Virus record (IMG/VR): IMGVR_UViG_3300036800_000031
Coordinates: 25,254 to 89,253 of that record
Source: a virus
DNA: 64,000 bases
Reading direction: 5' to 3' (one strand)
The translations under genes and the position numbers were made by a program. Shown in pieces: positions 60,859-64,000 of this stretch. The stretch's first letter is position 1. Every line of letters begins with the position of its first letter. The notes beneath the pieces were generated by a model. It had not been told where the DNA came from, made no database searches, and saw nothing but the letters and a program-made list of their open reading frames with translations.

Positions 60859-62009
60859 GACCGAACCAGCACCTTCGCATTGAGGGACCGGGCCTTCTCC
60901 TCCTGACCCATCTCCACCAGCCGGGCCGTCCACGGGGAGTCGATCTTCGCCAACCCGTCTCCAAACAGACCGGCGGCGATCCCGAGAGCCTTCGCCTTCG
61001 CCGGGTCGGCCTTCAAAATCGACCGGCCCAGGTAGGTGTCACGGCTCCGGTGCGCCCGAACGTGGTCGAGGTACTCCGTGCTGGCTTGCACCAGGCCCCA
61101 CGCCGTACCGGTGACCGCTTCACAGGTCACGCTGTTCAGGTAGACGTGTTTGAAGGCGGCGCGTGCCCCTTCGATGTTCGCCTGAACCCGGTCGCTGATG
61201 GCCTCACCGTTCTCCGCCGGGTTGGGCAGGAACTCACTGAGGTAGCGGTCCAGCGCCTTGTCGTCGGCCTTCAGCTTCAGCATCACTTCGGCGAGTTCGG
61301 CGTAGCCCTTCATGTCGTCGCGGAGTTCGGTCATGGAAGCCTGCGCCTCCTCGATCCGGTTCTCCACGTCCCCGGTGTGGCGGAACACGACCTGCTGGCC
61401 GTTCCGGTCACCTTGGGCCGAAGCCATCTGCCAGGTGTTCCAGCAGACGACCCGGACGCTGGTCTTCACCAACTTGCAAGCGCCTCCGCCGTCATGGTTG
61501 TTGAGAAGCGCCATGAACGGGAGATGCTCGGTGTTGTCGCCGGGGAGGGTGAACGGCTCGTCCAGGTACATCAGCGCCCAAACGTAGGCACCGCTCATGG
61601 AGCTACCGGCCGTCTCAAACTTGGCCCCCTCACCAACGAACGTGTCGATGATCTGCTCCATGCTGGCGAAGCCGTCCGTCCGGCCATGCTTGATGAGGCT
61701 GAACGTATTGCTCACCGAAGGGGTGAGGACGCTGAACCGGTCGTCCCGCAGGATCATCTTGTGGTCGGGGTCGGGGACAAAGGCGTGAAGCCCATCGACG
61801 CCGAGGACGGTGCCCTCCGGGTAGTCCCCGTCGGGGAACTCATCCTGGAAGCGGGTGATGAACGATGGCCGCTCAGTCGGCTCCCACATCAGCCCGGCCT
61901 TCTCTCGGGCGTCGGCCCAGTCGGTCGGGTACTCGCCGATGACGATTCCCTTTCCGTGCCACATTGGCTCTCTCACTGAGAATCCGGTTTCAAAATAACT
62001 AGGACACAT
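60855..62009 (-). CDS. DUF932-family phage/plasmid protein
   Basis: WHG.G, AGL.W, FETAGS..G..VW.L, N.HDG, RVVC.NT, HTG, GTAWGL..A.TEY.DH; AAGGAG SD. Confidence 0.88.
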   Translation of the reverse strand: MCPSYFETGFSVREPMWHGKGIVIGEYPTDWADAREKAGLMWEPTERPSFITRFQDEFPDGDYPEGTVLGVDGLHAFVPDPDHKMILRDDRFSVLTPSVSNTFSLIKHGRTDGFASMEQIIDTFVGEGAKFETAGSSMSGAYVWALMYLDEPFTLPGDNTEHLPFMALLNNHDGGGACKLVKTSVRVVCWNTWQMASAQGDRNGQQVVFRHTGDVENRIEEAQASMTELRDDMKGYAELAEVMLKLKADDKALDRYLSEFLPNPAENGEAISDRVQANIEGARAAFKHVYLNSVTCEAVTGTAWGLVQASTEYLDHVRAHRSRDTYLGRSILKADPAKAKALGIAAGLFGDGLAKIDSPWTARLVEMGQEEKARSLNAKVLVRS

Positions 62010-62091
62010 GTCATGTTCTCCTTGCTTGTGTTCACCTTGCGGCGAGTGCCGAGTGGCACTAACGGACGTCCTCCGAAGGCGTCCGGTGCTG

Positions 62092-62307
62092 CTACTCGCG
62101 GTCGATACGGCTGTCGTGAAGCAGGTCGGGGTCCGGCTCGTCGGGTTCGATGTCGAAGGCGTAGTCACACCCGGCGTTTTGGCATTCGCCCCAGCGTTCC
62201 TTCTCGAACGTGAAGATGACGAACGGCGTCGGCTCCTCACAGTTCGGGCAGTACCTTGTCGTCTCCTCCTCGGAGTCGGGGCCGTCAACCCGGAAGTCCC
62301 GGCTCAT
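62092..62307 (-). CDS. zinc-ribbon protein
   Basis: CPNC...C...C; GGAGG SD. Confidence 0.55.
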   Translation of the reverse strand: MSRDFRVDGPDSEEETTRYCPNCEEPTPFVIFTFEKERWGECQNAGCDYAFDIEPDEPDPDLLHDSRIDRE

Positions 62308-62474
62308 GCGACCTCCCCGTCAGCGCCGACGATGTGGACGGAATACTCGTCCCAGTTCAGGTTGATCCCGGCCCCGTTAGCGATCTTCTCGGCATCACGT
62401 TCGTAGGTGGGCTTGGACTCCCAAACGACTTCTCCATCTGAACGCTTTACGATCTGGACTCGCTTGTCGTTCAT
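62304..62474 (-). CDS. small hypothetical protein
   Basis: Hand-read ORF MNDKRVQIVKRSDG... with ATGA overlaps on both sides. Confidence 0.5.
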   Translation of the reverse strand: MNDKRVQIVKRSDGEVVWESKPTYERDAEKIANGAGINLNWDEYSVHIVGADGEVA

Positions 62475-62836
62475 GCGTCGGACAATCTCGTGACCCGGTG
62501 GACGTCGGCGGTAGCGAACCGGAGGGCCGGGCCGATGTCGTCGGCGACGATCTCCACCTTGTAGCGGGTCTCGCCTTCATCGTTCTCCCAGCTTCGCTGC
62601 TCCAACCGGCCGGTGACGATGACCCGTGCGCCCTTGGTCAAGCTGAGGGCGACGTTCTCGGCCAACTCCCGCCAGCAAACGACATCGAAGAAGGAGGTCT
62701 GCTCCTGCCATTCGTCGTCCTTCTTCCAGCGCCGGTTGACGGCAACCCCAAGGGTGGTGGTGGCTTGACCGTCGCGGGTGTACCGAATCTCGGGGTCGCG
62801 GGTCAGGTTGCCAATAATGGTGATGTTGTTGTCCAT
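62471..62836 (-). CDS. ssb: single-stranded DNA-binding protein
   Basis: ITIIGNLTRDPEIRYT...W..LAENV..SL.KG.RVIVTGRLEQRSWE; AAGGAG SD. Confidence 0.95.
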   Translation of the reverse strand: MDNNITIIGNLTRDPEIRYTRDGQATTTLGVAVNRRWKKDDEWQEQTSFFDVVCWRELAENVALSLTKGARVIVTGRLEQRSWENDEGETRYKVEIVADDIGPALRFATADVHRVTRLSDA

Positions 62837-62913
62837 GTTCTTCTCCTTGTTTGTCCGGGCTATCCGGGACCAGCCTCCCATCAGGGTGTGACAGGAGGCT
62901 CGGCTCGGGCAGT

Positions 62914-63267
62914 TCAGGCGGCGTTGGCTCTCCGGACCGCAGCGTCGCACTCAGCCGGGTCTTGGTAGACCGTGAAGGTCCGGACGTACTTCAGAAAGGC
63001 GTCGTAGACCATCTGCGCCATGTGGTGGAACCCCGGCCCGTCCACGTCGTTCGTCTGGTAGAACCCTTCTTCGATCATCGCTTTGATCGCGGAGGTCTTC
63101 TCGGCGGGGATTTCGGTGTAGGCGACGACCCCTTCGGCCATTCCTTGGAAGTCCACCCCGTAGTCCCAGACATCGGCCGGACCGTAATACTCACGGAGGA
63201 CGTTTTCGATGTCGTCCACGTCCCCTTCCTCTTTGGTAAACGGCTGAGGGTCAGGAATCTGAGTCAT
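62914..63267 (-). CDS. hypothetical protein
   Basis: AAACAAGGAG SD downstream of a TATACT box. Confidence 0.7.
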   Translation of the reverse strand: MTQIPDPQPFTKEEGDVDDIENVLREYYGPADVWDYGVDFQGMAEGVVAYTEIPAEKTSAIKAMIEEGFYQTNDVDGPGFHHMAQMVYDAFLKYVRTFTVYQDPAECDAAVRRANAA

Positions 63268-63289
63268 GTCATGTCTCCTTGTTTGTAGC

Positions 63290-63310
63290 CCCCAAGTATA
63301 GGGGGGTATC
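63290..63310 (-). promoter_or_regulatory. putative early promoter (ATACCCCCCC-TATACTT)
   Basis: Repeat of the 60510-60530 motif. Confidence 0.6.
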
Positions 63311-63373
63311 TATGTCCGGCTGATAACCCGGCTCGGACCACCCGCCGTGAAGCGGGTGATCCTGGTCGGACGG

Positions 63374-63988
63374 TCAGGCGACCTTGGTGCCCTGAACCGA
63401 CGCCTTGGGCCGGGGCGTCACCTGAGTGGTGCCGGTCCTGACCATCGTCGTCGGGGCCTTCTTGCCGCCGGTCGGCGCAGCCGCCTTCTTGACGACCGCC
63501 TTGGTGGCGGGGGGCTTCGGCGGGGTAGCCCGCTTCGCCGCCTTCTTGGCCGGGGGGGTGGCCGTCTTGTCCTTGGCCGCTCCGGTGACCTTCTTGAACA
63601 TCGGGGTCAGCCAGAAGCCGCAAGGGATACCGTCAGCCCGCATCGCCTTGGCGACCTGAGCCGAGGACGTGCAACCGTTGGCGACGTACCCCTCGACCGC
63701 CTTCTGCCGTTCGGCGTCGGTGACCAGGCGGGTGCCTCCGGTGGAAGCCGCCTTGGTGGCCTTCCGCTCCTCGGCGGGGGTCTTGGCGTACCAATCGCTC
63801 ACCGGGGTCGGGGGGACCGGCTTCCCGGCTTTGATCGCCGCCTTCTTGGCGACGTTCTCGGCTTTGACCGCTTGGATGCGCTCCACCTTGCTCATCGCCT
63901 CGATGTCCTTGACGGTGGTGGTGTTGGCGGCTGCCTTCACGGCCGGGGCCTTTTTGGCGGTGGTCTTCTTCGTTGGTGCAACTGTCAT
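63374..63988 (-). CDS. Lys/Ala/Pro-rich histone-like DNA-binding protein (putative)
   Basis: AKKA/PAKK repeats flanking an HTH-like core; AAGGAG SD. Confidence 0.6.
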   Translation of the reverse strand: MTVAPTKKTTAKKAPAVKAAANTTTVKDIEAMSKVERIQAVKAENVAKKAAIKAGKPVPPTPVSDWYAKTPAEERKATKAASTGGTRLVTDAERQKAVEGYVANGCTSSAQVAKAMRADGIPCGFWLTPMFKKVTGAAKDKTATPPAKKAAKRATPPKPPATKAVVKKAAAPTGGKKAPTTMVRTGTTQVTPRPKASVQGTKVA

Positions 63989-64000
63989 GTTGTGCTCCTT

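Noticed and set aside
1-64000. Long plus-strand ORFs (e.g. 13715-14998, 29769-30977, 43952-45463, 61050-61979)
   Set aside because: Antisense shadows of well-supported minus-strand genes in high-GC DNA; no recognisable motifs
1-64000. Genome-wide TAG reassignment suggested by the CUA tRNAs
   Set aside because: Large structural genes are intact in the standard code and several genes end plausibly at TAG; I found only one in-frame TAG gene

Overview
A 64-kb segment of a GC-rich, long-tailed (siphovirus-like) phage genome, almost all on the minus strand. An actinobacterial host is inferred from the Rpf domain, the HNH types and the leaderless promoters. In transcription order it holds: early/accessory genes (histone-like, SSB, DUF932, GIY-YIG, SLOG, Rpf, MazG-like); terminase small and large subunits; portal; MuF; a 2209-aa multi-effector polyprotein; HK97 protease; a glycosyltransferase cluster; a 37-gene tRNA array covering all 20 amino acids, interleaved with HNH nucleases and non-tRNA structured RNAs; HK97 capsid; neck, tail and tape-measure genes; and an endolysin. 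Best candidate novel systems: (1) a leaderless 41-codon leader ORF using 32 different codons, with mutually exclusive antiterminator and terminator hairpins directly ahead of the tRNA array, i.e. a putative attenuator sensing loss of almost any tRNA; (2) a plus-strand cassette in which a Pth2-like gene has TAG at codon 3 and is followed by two CUA amber-suppressor tRNAs; (3) HNH cassettes that split a resident tRNA gene and supply a replacement; (4) a circularly permuted tRNA/Y-RNA-like element and CCA-ended RNAs with alanine-type acceptor stems. All RNA calls and folds were read by eye and protein calls rest on motif recognition; no searches were run.
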